From assembly GCA_031269095.1 (NCBI GenBank), contig JAIRWI010000030.1:27212-91211 (forward strand): 64,000 bases of DNA, in the 5' to 3' direction. How positions within the stretch are numbered: the first letter of the stretch is position 1; each line of letters starts with the position of its first letter. Made by a program: the position numbers and the translations under genes. This DNA comes from Holosporales bacterium. GTDB lineage: Bacteria > Pseudomonadota > Alphaproteobacteria > RUG11792. Positions 1 through 9,175 of this stretch are shown here, piece after piece. The notes beneath the pieces are model-generated. The model saw nothing but the letters and a program-made list of their open reading frames with translations, was not told the origin of the DNA and did no database searches.

Positions 1-1
1 T

Positions 2-250
2 ATTCTAACAACGACGAGCGAGCATTCAAGGAATCTGAATTTCGGAGTAATGTTAGCAAGAGGATTAGGGAATAATAACCGAGGATTAGACACCCCAGTT
101 TGTGAAGGAGAATCGTGCATAGCAAATCTTATGAAGATTTGTCATAACAATGATTCAAAAATAGATCTTCCGATTTGTAGAGCAGTTTTTGATATAATAA
201 GAGGGAACAAACAGCCAAGTTATATCCTCGATGTCCTCGAAAGAAAATAA
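2..250 (+). CDS. gpsA: NAD(P)H-dependent glycerol-3-phosphate dehydrogenase, C-terminal fragment (5' end outside window)
   Basis: Frame 2 is open from the window edge. Translation ILTTTSEHSRNLNFGVMLARGLG...PVCEGESCIANLMKI...DLPICRAVFDIIRG fits the conserved GpsA C-terminal half (TC.S..SRN..fG..lg.G ... aEG ... mPI...vy.il). Confidence 0.8.
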   Translation: MLTTTSEHSRNLNFGVMLARGLGNNNRGLDTPVCEGESCIANLMKICHNNDSKIDLPICRAVFDIIRGNKQPSYILDVLERK

Positions 251-1901
251 CAAAATAACTTTTACCGATAAATTGGCCATTCTATCTAAAATGGTTAGGC
301 AGTATGAAAAACATACTAACATCATTTCCTCCATTCAAACAGCTAAAGAGCTTACGAAAATCATAGACGAACTCAGATTTTTCAGTATGTCTGAGTATAG
401 TTTTATGAATGAACATTATTCCCAAAATTCTCAAAAAAAACTGGAATTTTTGAACATAATTTTGGAAAATTGGCCCAAAATATTAAAAGAATTAGATTTA
501 GATGATTGTGAAAACAATTATTTTTATTCCCCATGCCACCAAGATAATAATGGCGGTGTCGTAGTCCCCAACTCTCTAACAGTTTTTGAAACAGAGAACA
601 TTTTCGAAGAGGCTGAATGTATATCTAGTATTGTTAAACAAAATAAACAGTTAAGAATTTGTATAATAGCTCTTGATGAAAGTTTCGTAAGAATATTAAT
701 AAACAATTTATTTAAAAAATATTCATATAATATCGATCTTAATGAAATAAAAAAAAAGTTTGATTGTACTAGTGATACCGAGGCGATATCTATCGAAAGT
801 ATGATACAAACTTCAAATTTTTATAGCGATAATATTTTAATAATACCTTTACAAGATATAAAAAAAACTCATACAGATTTAACTATTATTTCAAGTACTA
901 CAGATAAACAGTGGAGAAGTAACATTAAATGGAGTTACTGGATAGATGATAATATTCGAAAGAAGATAGGGCTTCCAACGAGTGGGGATATTAATAATTT
1001 TTTGAAAACTAATTTCTATCACGCAATCGCTCTTGATAAGGTTTACGCAACATTTTCACAGAAAATTAATAATTCATTTGCGAAAAAGGCTAGCGTTTTG
1101 TATGAATTTCAACCGAGCCAATATGTTCGTTATAAAGTTATTCCAAAGATTTTTTCCGAATCCTCTATCTCTTCTTCAAAATTAATGAACCAAAAAATTA
1201 TCAATACCCTTTCTGGAAAAGATATTGAACTCTTAACTAGGGATCCTTTTTCTTTTTATATAAAAAATGAACTCAATATAAAGCCTGAAACGTATTCAAT
1301 CGAGAACAGTAATTTGCGAAAACTTTATAAAAAACTCGTAAAAAATATTTTAAAAAATGAACTATTTGATATAGAAAAGACACTATATGAGATATCAAAA
1401 TTTGATTTTTATAAATACCAAAACTGCAAAAATATTACAAGATGGTTTAAAGAAAATCTTGATATATTAAACAATATTTATACAAACATTTATGGGGAAT
1501 GCGATTTTAAGATTAGCGAAAACTATAATATAAAACTATATGGATATGCCGACGGGATAATCGAAAATAAACTCATTATATGCCGTATATTCGCCCCGAA
1601 AGTGTCAATAAACGATATAATTTTAGAAAATAGCGAGAATGCTCCACTTATTTCTTGTGTAATTGCTCAAAATTGCGGGTTTTTGGATAGAAAAATTGAT
1701 ATAACTAAAATAGAAATTTGGAATATGAACGGAATTGGGACAGACCCCGTCGATATACTTACCATAGAAATTTCTAATACTCTTATAGAAAATTTTGAAA
1801 AAAGATTACAAAAACTTGTTTCTGATTACATGAACAACCAAAGCGAGTCTTCTTTGTTAGTTAATGATATTTATAGGCACTATAAAAGGATAAAAATATG
1901 A
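231..1901 (+). CDS. hypothetical protein (weak, degenerate resemblance to the AddB/PD-(D/E)XK nuclease C-terminus)
   Basis: 556-aa uninterrupted ORF. It overlaps the gpsA end by 20 nt, and its stop overlaps the tpiA ATG (ATGA). No strong family motif recognised. C-terminal LYGYADGIIENK...IEIWNMNG...YRHYKRI only loosely recalls AddB nuclease motifs, and the catalytic residues are not evident. Confidence 0.6.
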   Translation: MSSKENNKITFTDKLAILSKMVRQYEKHTNIISSIQTAKELTKIIDELRFFSMSEYSFMNEHYSQNSQKKLEFLNIILENWPKILKELDLDDCENNYFYSPCHQDNNGGVVVPNSLTVFETENIFEEAECISSIVKQNKQLRICIIALDESFVRILINNLFKKYSYNIDLNEIKKKFDCTSDTEAISIESMIQTSNFYSDNILIIPLQDIKKTHTDLTIISSTTDKQWRSNIKWSYWIDDNIRKKIGLPTSGDINNFLKTNFYHAIALDKVYATFSQKINNSFAKKASVLYEFQPSQYVRYKVIPKIFSESSISSSKLMNQKIINTLSGKDIELLTRDPFSFYIKNELNIKPETYSIENSNLRKLYKKLVKNILKNELFDIEKTLYEISKFDFYKYQNCKNITRWFKENLDILNNIYTNIYGECDFKISENYNIKLYGYADGIIENKLIICRIFAPKVSINDIILENSENAPLISCVIAQNCGFLDRKIDITKIEIWNMNGIGTDPVDILTIEISNTLIENFEKRLQKLVSDYMNNQSESSLLVNDIYRHYKRIKI

Positions 1902-2566
1902 AAAAATTAATAATAGCCAACTGGAAAATGAATGGGAACACCGAACTGGTACGACAGTTTGCCGATATTTTAAACAATAAAAATTTTGTTTTAGCCCCCC
2001 CTTTCCCACTTATATCTATAGCAAAATACCTTAACAGTAATGCAATAATTGCTGCACAAGATTGCTCTATTTATAATGAAAAAGGGGCGTATACCGGAGA
2101 AATATCTGCTAAAATTTTAAAAGAAAGTGGTGCGGAATACGTTATCCTAGGTCACAGCGAACGCAGGAAATTTTTCAATGAATCAGCAGAAATATTAAAT
2201 AAAAAACTAACTAATGCCAAAAATGCTGGACTAGAAGTAATATTTTGTGTATCTGAGGCTTATGAGCAGCAACTCAAGGAAGTCGATAATATTAATAATT
2301 TGATTATTGCATACGAACCAGTTTCTGCTATTGGGACGGGAATTATCCCTGCCGCGGAGGAAGTTAATAGCATCTTGGGAGAAATAAAACTGATAGCTGG
2401 TAGTGGTATAAAAACTCTCTATGGGGGGAGTGTTTCGAGCAATAATATTGCTGATTTTTTTAATTTGAAAAATCTAGATGGTGTTTTGGTTGGGGGGGCT
2501 AGCCTAAATAGGACCGAGGTAGAGCATATGTGCAATCTCCTTACCGATAAAGTTGGGAGTAAGTAA
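1898..2566 (+). CDS. tpiA: triosephosphate isomerase
   Basis: 222 aa. Motifs ANWKMNG, ILGHSERR, AYEPVSAIGTG and YGGSV. Confidence 0.95.
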   Translation: MKKLIIANWKMNGNTELVRQFADILNNKNFVLAPPFPLISIAKYLNSNAIIAAQDCSIYNEKGAYTGEISAKILKESGAEYVILGHSERRKFFNESAEILNKKLTNAKNAGLEVIFCVSEAYEQQLKEVDNINNLIIAYEPVSAIGTGIIPAAEEVNSILGEIKLIAGSGIKTLYGGSVSSNNIADFFNLKNLDGVLVGGASLNRTEVEHMCNLLTDKVGSK

Positions 2567-2613
2567 CAAGTTTTTGGCAAAAATATTTTTTATAAACTAT
2601 TCCAATAACATCA

Positions 2614-3285
2614 CTACATCGATCTAAATTCGAGCTTAACCATTTGCGACAGTTCATCAATAACTTTTTGATTTGTTAGTTTATACCTAGAGGTTATGCC
2701 AGAACTTACCCTTAAAATACATTCTTGAATAACCCATCTCTCAATTTTTAGTTTTTGTAATACCCCAGCTATTTCGAATAAATCATCGTAAGTAATGGTC
2801 CTACTATCATAAGTTGTGCGAACTTCGAAGTTACTTTTCCTATCATTTAATATTTTTAAACTTTCCAAGGCAAACTCGCCAGAGCCTTTAAGATTAGTTA
2901 CAGCTTCATATCTATGAAATGATGTTTTAATATCCAAACCAATCCAATCAATTCCTTCTAGCGCGTATATCAAGGCATCAGGATCGATTCCTGAAGTATG
3001 AAGCCCAGTTTTGAATCCCATACACCGCATATGAAAGGCCGTTTCATAAAGATCTTTTTGTAACAATGGCTCTCCTCCACTAAAAACCACAGCATCTAAA
3101 AGATTTTTCCTTTTTTTTACAAAATCATATAATTCATTGTTTGTAATCTTACCAGGTTGAACTTTTTGCAAATCAGGGTTATGGCAATAATTACATTTTA
3201 GAGGACAACCATAACAAAAAACTACTGCAGATAGCATCGTTGGATAATCTATAACGGAAAAAGCTTGTATACCAGCTATTTGCAC
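2614..3285 (-). CDS. radical SAM activase, small NrdG/PflA-like (glycyl-radical-enzyme activating) family
   Basis: 223 aa. N-terminal CPLKCNYCHNP (CxxxCxxC 4Fe-4S/SAM motif) and FSGGEPLL. Size and layout match the small anaerobic RNR-activase-like family. Confidence 0.7.
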   Translation of the reverse strand: MQIAGIQAFSVIDYPTMLSAVVFCYGCPLKCNYCHNPDLQKVQPGKITNNELYDFVKKRKNLLDAVVFSGGEPLLQKDLYETAFHMRCMGFKTGLHTSGIDPDALIYALEGIDWIGLDIKTSFHRYEAVTNLKGSGEFALESLKILNDRKSNFEVRTTYDSRTITYDDLFEIAGVLQKLKIERWVIQECILRVSSGITSRYKLTNQKVIDELSQMVKLEFRSM

Positions 3286-3324
3286 AATAATTCCCTCTTT
3301 TTAAAAATATGTTCTTTTGTAAAA

Positions 3325-5076
3325 TTACTTACTTAGTTCCTCAAAATATCTTTGCATATCAGAAACTGATATAACCTCGGTCTCTTTTGAGTCCATCTTT
3401 CTTATAGAAACAGTATTATCATCTTGTTCTTTTTGCCCAATCACAATAATTACTGGAACTTTCATCGTAGAATGCTGTCTAATCTTATATGTTATTTTTT
3501 CATTTTCAGTATCGAGAACACACCTGTAACCGATATTTTCCAATTTTTCATAAATTTCAGAGGCATATTCGTTAGATCTGTCGGTAACGGATGCAACAGC
3601 TATCTGAACCGGAGCTAACCAAAATGGAAACTTTCCAGCGTAATGTTCTATAAGTATACCAATAAATCTCTCGAGAGACCCAACCAAAGCCCTGTGTATC
3701 ATAACTGGACGTTGTTTTTCTCCGTTCTTATCTATGTAATGAATATCAAACCTCTCTGGCAAAACAAAATCGACTTGAAGAGTTCCACATTGCCAATCTC
3801 TTCCTAAACTGTCTTTTAAAACAAATTCAAGTTTTGGCCCATAAAACGCTCCTTCTCCTTCGTTTATTGTATAAGCTAAACCAGAAATGTCAGCAGCTTC
3901 CATAAGAGATTTCTCAGCTATATCCCAAACTTCATCAGAACCTACCCTTTTTTCTGGTCTATTTGAAAATTTTACTAAAATTTCATTAAATCCGAAGTGG
4001 GAATATATTTCCTTGAGAGTTGCACATATGTTCTGGGTTTCAGAAATAATTTGATCTTGAGAGCAGAATACATGCCCATCATCTTGTGTAAACGCCCGAA
4101 CCCTCATTAACCCATGTAACGATCCAGATGGCTCATTTCTATGACATAATCCAAATTCAGCTATTCGGCATGGAAGATCTCGATAGCTTTTAACTGAACC
4201 AGTTTTATATACGATAACATGCCCCGGACAATTCATTGGTTTAATAGCCATAGTTTTGTCGTCATCCTGAACAATAAACATACTTTCTCGGAATTTCTCC
4301 CAATGTCCTGACGTTTCCCATAGCGATTTATTTAAAATCTGAGGGGTTTGAACCTGAAAATATCCATATTTTTTAATAACACGACTAATATAGTTTTTAA
4401 CAGTGTTAAAAAGGATGGTGCCATTTTTTAGCCAAAAAATGCTTCCAACTGCTTCCTCATCTATATGGAAGATATCTAAAACCGGACCAAGTTTTCTATG
4501 ATCCCTTGCTTCAGCCTCCTCAATTATTTGAAAGTAATTCTCCATATCAGATTTGGTAAACCAAGCTGTCCCATATATTCTCTGTAGCATATCGCGTGTA
4601 CTATCCCCTCTCCAATATGCTCCAGCAACATTGATAAGCTTAAAAGCATCAAGGGGAATATGTGAAGTATCAGGCACGTGGGGCCCTCGGCATAAATCAA
4701 TAAATTCACCAAGCTTATAGATAGTAACCGAATCAACATCTAGATCCTTTATTAGTTCTACCTTAAATTCTTCCCCCATACCAGAAAATAACTCTATTGC
4801 TTTATCTGACTTTAATTTGAACATTTCAAATGGTATAGCCTGCTTGATTATTTCTTTCATCCTCTTCTCAATAAGAGAAAAATCTTCTTTAGTGAAAGTT
4901 TTTGAGGACTTTATATCGTAATAAAAACCATCTTTAATGGTTGGCCCTATTGCCAGCTGTACCATCGGATCAATGGTGGTTTTTATAGCCATTGCGAGGA
5001 CGTGTGCCGTGCTGTGTCTAACAATATCCAGCGATTCAGAATCAATAGCCATTGAATTATTATTAATTTTATCCAT
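3325..5076 (-). CDS. thrS: threonine--tRNA ligase (no N-terminal TGS domain)
   Basis: 583 aa. Starts directly in the editing/second-additional domain (RHSTAHVLAMAIK...GPTIKDGFYYD). Class II core CHRNEPSGSLHGLMRVRAFTQDDGH and GEGAFYGPKLEF. C-terminal anticodon-binding domain present. Confidence 0.93.
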   Translation of the reverse strand: MDKINNNSMAIDSESLDIVRHSTAHVLAMAIKTTIDPMVQLAIGPTIKDGFYYDIKSSKTFTKEDFSLIEKRMKEIIKQAIPFEMFKLKSDKAIELFSGMGEEFKVELIKDLDVDSVTIYKLGEFIDLCRGPHVPDTSHIPLDAFKLINVAGAYWRGDSTRDMLQRIYGTAWFTKSDMENYFQIIEEAEARDHRKLGPVLDIFHIDEEAVGSIFWLKNGTILFNTVKNYISRVIKKYGYFQVQTPQILNKSLWETSGHWEKFRESMFIVQDDDKTMAIKPMNCPGHVIVYKTGSVKSYRDLPCRIAEFGLCHRNEPSGSLHGLMRVRAFTQDDGHVFCSQDQIISETQNICATLKEIYSHFGFNEILVKFSNRPEKRVGSDEVWDIAEKSLMEAADISGLAYTINEGEGAFYGPKLEFVLKDSLGRDWQCGTLQVDFVLPERFDIHYIDKNGEKQRPVMIHRALVGSLERFIGILIEHYAGKFPFWLAPVQIAVASVTDRSNEYASEIYEKLENIGYRCVLDTENEKITYKIRQHSTMKVPVIIVIGQKEQDDNTVSIRKMDSKETEVISVSDMQRYFEELSK

Positions 5077-5085
5077 GAAACACGA

Positions 5086-5379
5086 TCACTCTATAACTTT
5101 TGGAACAGCGAACATGTCAAATTTTGAAGAAGGAGCGTTATTAAGTACTTTGTCTTTGTTGCATAGTAAACCTAATGAACAAACTTCATCTTCCTCTCCA
5201 AAATTAACTGGATAATCTTCAAGATTTTGTAAATTAACACCAGAAACATCGATTTCTTTAAGTTCTGATATCCAATCAAATAATCCATTTAGCTTATCAA
5301 TAAACGAACTATATTCTTCCACACTGATAGACAGCTTGGAAAGCTTACAAAGCTTAAGGATCTCTGTTTCTTCTAACAC
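5086..5379 (-). CDS. gatC: Asp-tRNA(Asn)/Glu-tRNA(Gln) amidotransferase subunit C
   Basis: 97 aa. LCKLSKLSISVEEYSSFIDKLNGLFDWISELKEIDVSGV is the typical GatC pattern and size. Confidence 0.85.
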   Translation of the reverse strand: MLEETEILKLCKLSKLSISVEEYSSFIDKLNGLFDWISELKEIDVSGVNLQNLEDYPVNFGEEDEVCSLGLLCNKDKVLNNAPSSKFDMFAVPKVIE

Positions 5380-5494
5380 AACAATGTTATTATGAAAAAT
5401 ATTTAGTACATATTAGCACCAAAAAGGCTACGCCTGCAAAGGTTATTATGGTATAAATTACAGTGAGTAGAATTAGTAATGCTTTCACTAAGAT

Positions 5495-6586
5495 ATGAAG
5501 AAAAAGAAAATAGGGATTCTAACAAATGGCGGAGATTGCTCCGGATTAAATTCAGTCATAAGAGGGGCTTCTATAAGAGCCAAAATTCTGGGACATGAAC
5601 TGATAGGAATAAAACGTGGGCTCAAAGGGATGATAGAGCCAACAAAAGATATTGTAAGTATGGTAGGAAATGTTTACTCCGAAGAGTCGCTACTAACCAG
5701 GTCAGGCAGCATTCTTCTTTCAAACACAAAACCAGCTAGAAAGGATGAAAATTCATTTTATTCAATAAAGGAAGGTGCAGTAGCTGCGGCACAGGCTTAC
5801 AAAGAACTTTGTTTAGATGGGCTTATATATATTGGAGGAGACGGAAGCTTAAGTGTGGTAGATCTAATTCTATCTGAAAACAAAGATGTTAATATAATAG
5901 CTATCCCAAAAACTATAGATAACGATGTTGATAGAACTGATATATCGATAGGTTTTACAACGGCTGTCGAAATAGTTTCTTCTGCAATAGAAAACATAAG
6001 AACGACAGCTATAAGCCATGAAAGAGTTATGGTTATAGAAGTAATGGGAAGAGATGCTGGTTTTATAGCTCTTTATTCGGGAATTGCGACGGGAGTTGAT
6101 GTCATACTAATGCCCGAATTTAGATTTAATATTGAACAATTGATAAACAAAGTAAAGGAGTGTTATACATCTCATAAAAACCACTGTTTGATTGTTGTTT
6201 CAGAGGCAGTTGAATCTGAGACGCTAAAACACAGCAAAGCGGAAACTGATCCATATTTTGTCAAAACACAGTACAATGGAATTGGGGAGCATATTTCTTT
6301 AATCTTAAAGAATTATGGTTTTGATTCAAGGGCTGTTGTACTAGGACATACCCAAAGAGGTGGGAAGACTTCGATACTAGACAGAATAATTGGCTCAGGA
6401 TTTGGAGTCGAAGCAATAAACGCAGTAGATAATGATGAAAAAAACCTTATGCTTGCATATAAAAATAATAAAATATTAAAATTACCAATAAAAGATATTG
6501 TTATAACATTGACCCGGCAAGTATCGGTAGATCATTTGTATGTTAATATAGCGAAAAACCTTGGGATATATATTGGAGAAATTTAA
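5495..6586 (+). CDS. pfk: 6-phosphofructokinase
   Basis: 363 aa. Motifs GILTNGGDCSGLN, IGGDGSL, PKTIDNDV, MGRDAGF and LGHTQRGG. Confidence 0.9.
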   Translation: MKKKKIGILTNGGDCSGLNSVIRGASIRAKILGHELIGIKRGLKGMIEPTKDIVSMVGNVYSEESLLTRSGSILLSNTKPARKDENSFYSIKEGAVAAAQAYKELCLDGLIYIGGDGSLSVVDLILSENKDVNIIAIPKTIDNDVDRTDISIGFTTAVEIVSSAIENIRTTAISHERVMVIEVMGRDAGFIALYSGIATGVDVILMPEFRFNIEQLINKVKECYTSHKNHCLIVVSEAVESETLKHSKAETDPYFVKTQYNGIGEHISLILKNYGFDSRAVVLGHTQRGGKTSILDRIIGSGFGVEAINAVDNDEKNLMLAYKNNKILKLPIKDIVITLTRQVSVDHLYVNIAKNLGIYIGEI

Positions 6587-7064
6587 AATTTACATTACAT
6601 GTTTTTTTTTGTGCTTTGAATGTATAGCATCCCAGGTAATTGAGAGTGGTATATGTGATCCATATTTTGTTTCTATAAAAGCGAGTGAAGCAAATTTGCA
6701 CGTTGGCCCTGGGAAAGAATATAAGACTTCTTTAAAATACATCGTTTCTAAAATACCGATCATGGTTATTGCGAAATATGACCACTGGAGAAAAATTCAA
6801 GACATAGATGGAACAACCGGCTGGATCCACAAATCCCTCCTTTCGAATGAAAGATATGTTATGGTCAATTCTGACACATGCATACTATACGCGAACTCTT
6901 CCACAAATTCGAAACGAATCGCCTATATTAAAAAAAACGTACCAGCAAAATTACTAGATATAAAAGATAAATGGTGTAAAATTAAGCTCAACCATAATAA
7001 TTCAAATTATATTGGATGGACACAGAAGAATCTCGTATTTGGAGTATTTAAAAACGAGAAATAA
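6561..7064 (+). CDS. SH3-like (DUF1058-type) domain protein with N-terminal hydrophobic signal-like segment
   Basis: 167 aa. ANLHVGPGKEYK...VIAKYDHWRKIQDIDGTTGWIHKSLL matches the alphaproteobacterial bacterial-SH3 pattern, and a second SH3-like half follows. No in-frame ATG near the start, so a TTG start (6561 or 6573) overlapping the pfk end is assumed. Confidence 0.7.
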   Translation: MGYILEKFKIYITCFFLCFECIASQVIESGICDPYFVSIKASEANLHVGPGKEYKTSLKYIVSKIPIMVIAKYDHWRKIQDIDGTTGWIHKSLLSNERYVMVNSDTCILYANSSTNSKRIAYIKKNVPAKLLDIKDKWCKIKLNHNNSNYIGWTQKNLVFGVFKNEK

Positions 7065-7112
7065 ATTTTGCTAATTAAGATTCTAATTTATGCCTAAGCA
7101 AAAATCTAAACA

Positions 7113-8393
7113 TTACGTCGATTTTTGAGAATGGTATTTCACAAATTCGGTGATTGATCGTCCACTGATTGATATGTTTTTGGACTTACTATCATTAGAT
7201 CTCAAGAATTTTACAGTAATTGTCTTGTTGACTCTTTCATCTTCTCCAATAATAAGTGCCATATCACATCCCAATTTATCTGCGGTTTTTACACGTTTAG
7301 TAACAGAACCAATATCAATAAATTCTGCACAAATCGAATTGTCATAAAGTTTCTTAATGATTTTAAAAGCTTCATCATTATCCGAGTCTGAAATTGGAAC
7401 AACTGCAACCTTATATATTTTTTTGGGCACAATTCCATCAAGTCCAGATTCATCCAAAAAAGACATAATTCTTTCAATTCCAAGCGCGAAGCCAATTCCA
7501 GATATATCGGGACCACCAAATTCTTTTACAAGATTATCATACCGACCTCCTCCTCCTATCGCTCCCAAATCTTTCCGATTATTTACTTTTATTTCAAAAG
7601 CTGTATGACAATAGTAATCAAGTCCTCTAACCAAAAAGTCATCTTTTTCAAAAGCTATTCCATAACTCTCAAGAAGCTTGCTGACCTTTTCAAAAAATAC
7701 TCCTGAATCTTTTGACAAATAGTCGGATAAAATTGGAGCCATTTGACATATTTCTATATCCTTATCATCTTTAGAATCTAAAATACGTAACGGATTTTTT
7801 ACTAATCGTTTTTTCGAATCTTCTGATAATTCATTTTCATGGCGAGAAAAATATTTTACTATCGCTTTCGAATATGCCTTTCTAGTTTCTACATCACCAA
7901 GAGAATTTATATACACTGTAAAATTAAATATACCTACACTATTCAATATCCCGCTAGACAAAGCTATAGTCAATGCATCTGTATAAGGAGTTTTTTCTCC
8001 TATATTTTCACAACCAATCTGGTGAAACTGTCTATACCTCCCTTTTTGGGGTCTATCATATCTAAACATTGGGCCATAGTACATAAGTTTTAGCGGAAGA
8101 GTTTGTAACAAATTTTCGGTCACAATCGAGCGAATAACACCAGCAGTTCCTTCTGGGCGCAGGGTTATAGATTCCCCCCCCTTGTCTTCAAACGTATACA
8201 TTTCTTTAGAAACCACATCAGTTTCCTCTCCTATAGATCTATTAAAAACGTCTGTGTATTCGAGAATAGGAGTTTCTATTATTTTATAACCAAATACCTT
8301 AGCTACCTCGACTGATTTTTCTATAATATAATTATATTTATCGATATCCTCTCCATAGATATCCTTCATTCCCCGTACTGGCCTAAAAAGCAT
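7113..8393 (-). CDS. hisS: histidine--tRNA ligase
   Basis: 426 aa. Motifs RGMKD, LRPEGTAGV, YGPMFRYDRPQKGRYRQFHQ and GGGGRYDNL. Confidence 0.95.
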   Translation of the reverse strand: MLFRPVRGMKDIYGEDIDKYNYIIEKSVEVAKVFGYKIIETPILEYTDVFNRSIGEETDVVSKEMYTFEDKGGESITLRPEGTAGVIRSIVTENLLQTLPLKLMYYGPMFRYDRPQKGRYRQFHQIGCENIGEKTPYTDALTIALSSGILNSVGIFNFTVYINSLGDVETRKAYSKAIVKYFSRHENELSEDSKKRLVKNPLRILDSKDDKDIEICQMAPILSDYLSKDSGVFFEKVSKLLESYGIAFEKDDFLVRGLDYYCHTAFEIKVNNRKDLGAIGGGGRYDNLVKEFGGPDISGIGFALGIERIMSFLDESGLDGIVPKKIYKVAVVPISDSDNDEAFKIIKKLYDNSICAEFIDIGSVTKRVKTADKLGCDMALIIGEDERVNKTITVKFLRSNDSKSKNISISGRSITEFVKYHSQKST

Positions 8394-8716
8394 ATGGTTA
8401 ATTTTTTAGAAACATATCAACAGCATTATAATATTATATATATCACAAAACTACGTAGAATATTTCAATGTATGTACTTTTGTTTATGTCCTTTTCCAGA
8501 ATCCTTAGAATCTCTCCATAATTTTCTACTACTTTTCCTTTTTCATACTGTTAGTTATGCTTCATAGAATACAAAACTCACCCTGTGATTAGGTATCGAA
8601 CTAAATTCTACCAAATATATTTTTAATTCCTATTTGTTTTGGATAAGATCTTGTACTACGCAAAACATTTTGGTAGACTCAAGATGGTGAGGTGCGATTT
8701 TGTTTATGGAGTGTCT

Positions 8717-9139
8717 ATGTTTGCCAGGGTGTTATTATTTTGTTGCATGGGTATGTTTTTGATGGGAGATAATGTATCGGCTTCGAGTGATAAAGGAGAA
8801 GTCGGAGACTGCAGCACAAGCTCATTGAAAAGTTCTTCATCGATGGGGGGCAGTGTGCCGGATTTAAGTAAAAGGAAAAGAGATAGAGGCTATACAAGCT
8901 CATTGGATAGTTCTTCGCAAGAAGATCTAAGAAGAACAGATAGGAAAGAGTCCGATTACATTCCTGTTGATCAAGACCCAGATGTTGTTTACGCTTACAT
9001 GCAAGAAAGACTTAATTTGACTGACAAATTGAAAAAAAAACTTGCTTCAAGGGAAAGAGAACTTGCCTTGCTAAAAAAAGAACTTGCTGTGGAAAAAAGA
9101 AAGCATAGCTCAAAGGAAAGACGTAGTTCGAAGAAATAG
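8717..9139 (+). CDS. hypothetical secreted Ser-rich protein with basic coiled-coil C-terminus
   Basis: ORF 8639-9139, with the likely start at M27 (MFARVLLFCCMGMFLMGDNVSASS, signal-peptide-like). Internal duplication TSSL(K/D)SSS. Basic clusters KRKRDR and KRKHSSKERRSSKK. No family recognised. Confidence 0.55.
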   Translation: MFARVLLFCCMGMFLMGDNVSASSDKGEVGDCSTSSLKSSSSMGGSVPDLSKRKRDRGYTSSLDSSSQEDLRRTDRKESDYIPVDQDPDVVYAYMQERLNLTDKLKKKLASRERELALLKKELAVEKRKHSSKERRSSKK

Positions 9140-9175
9140 AAAAGGAATTTTCGTAATTTATTGGGGAGAAAAAGT

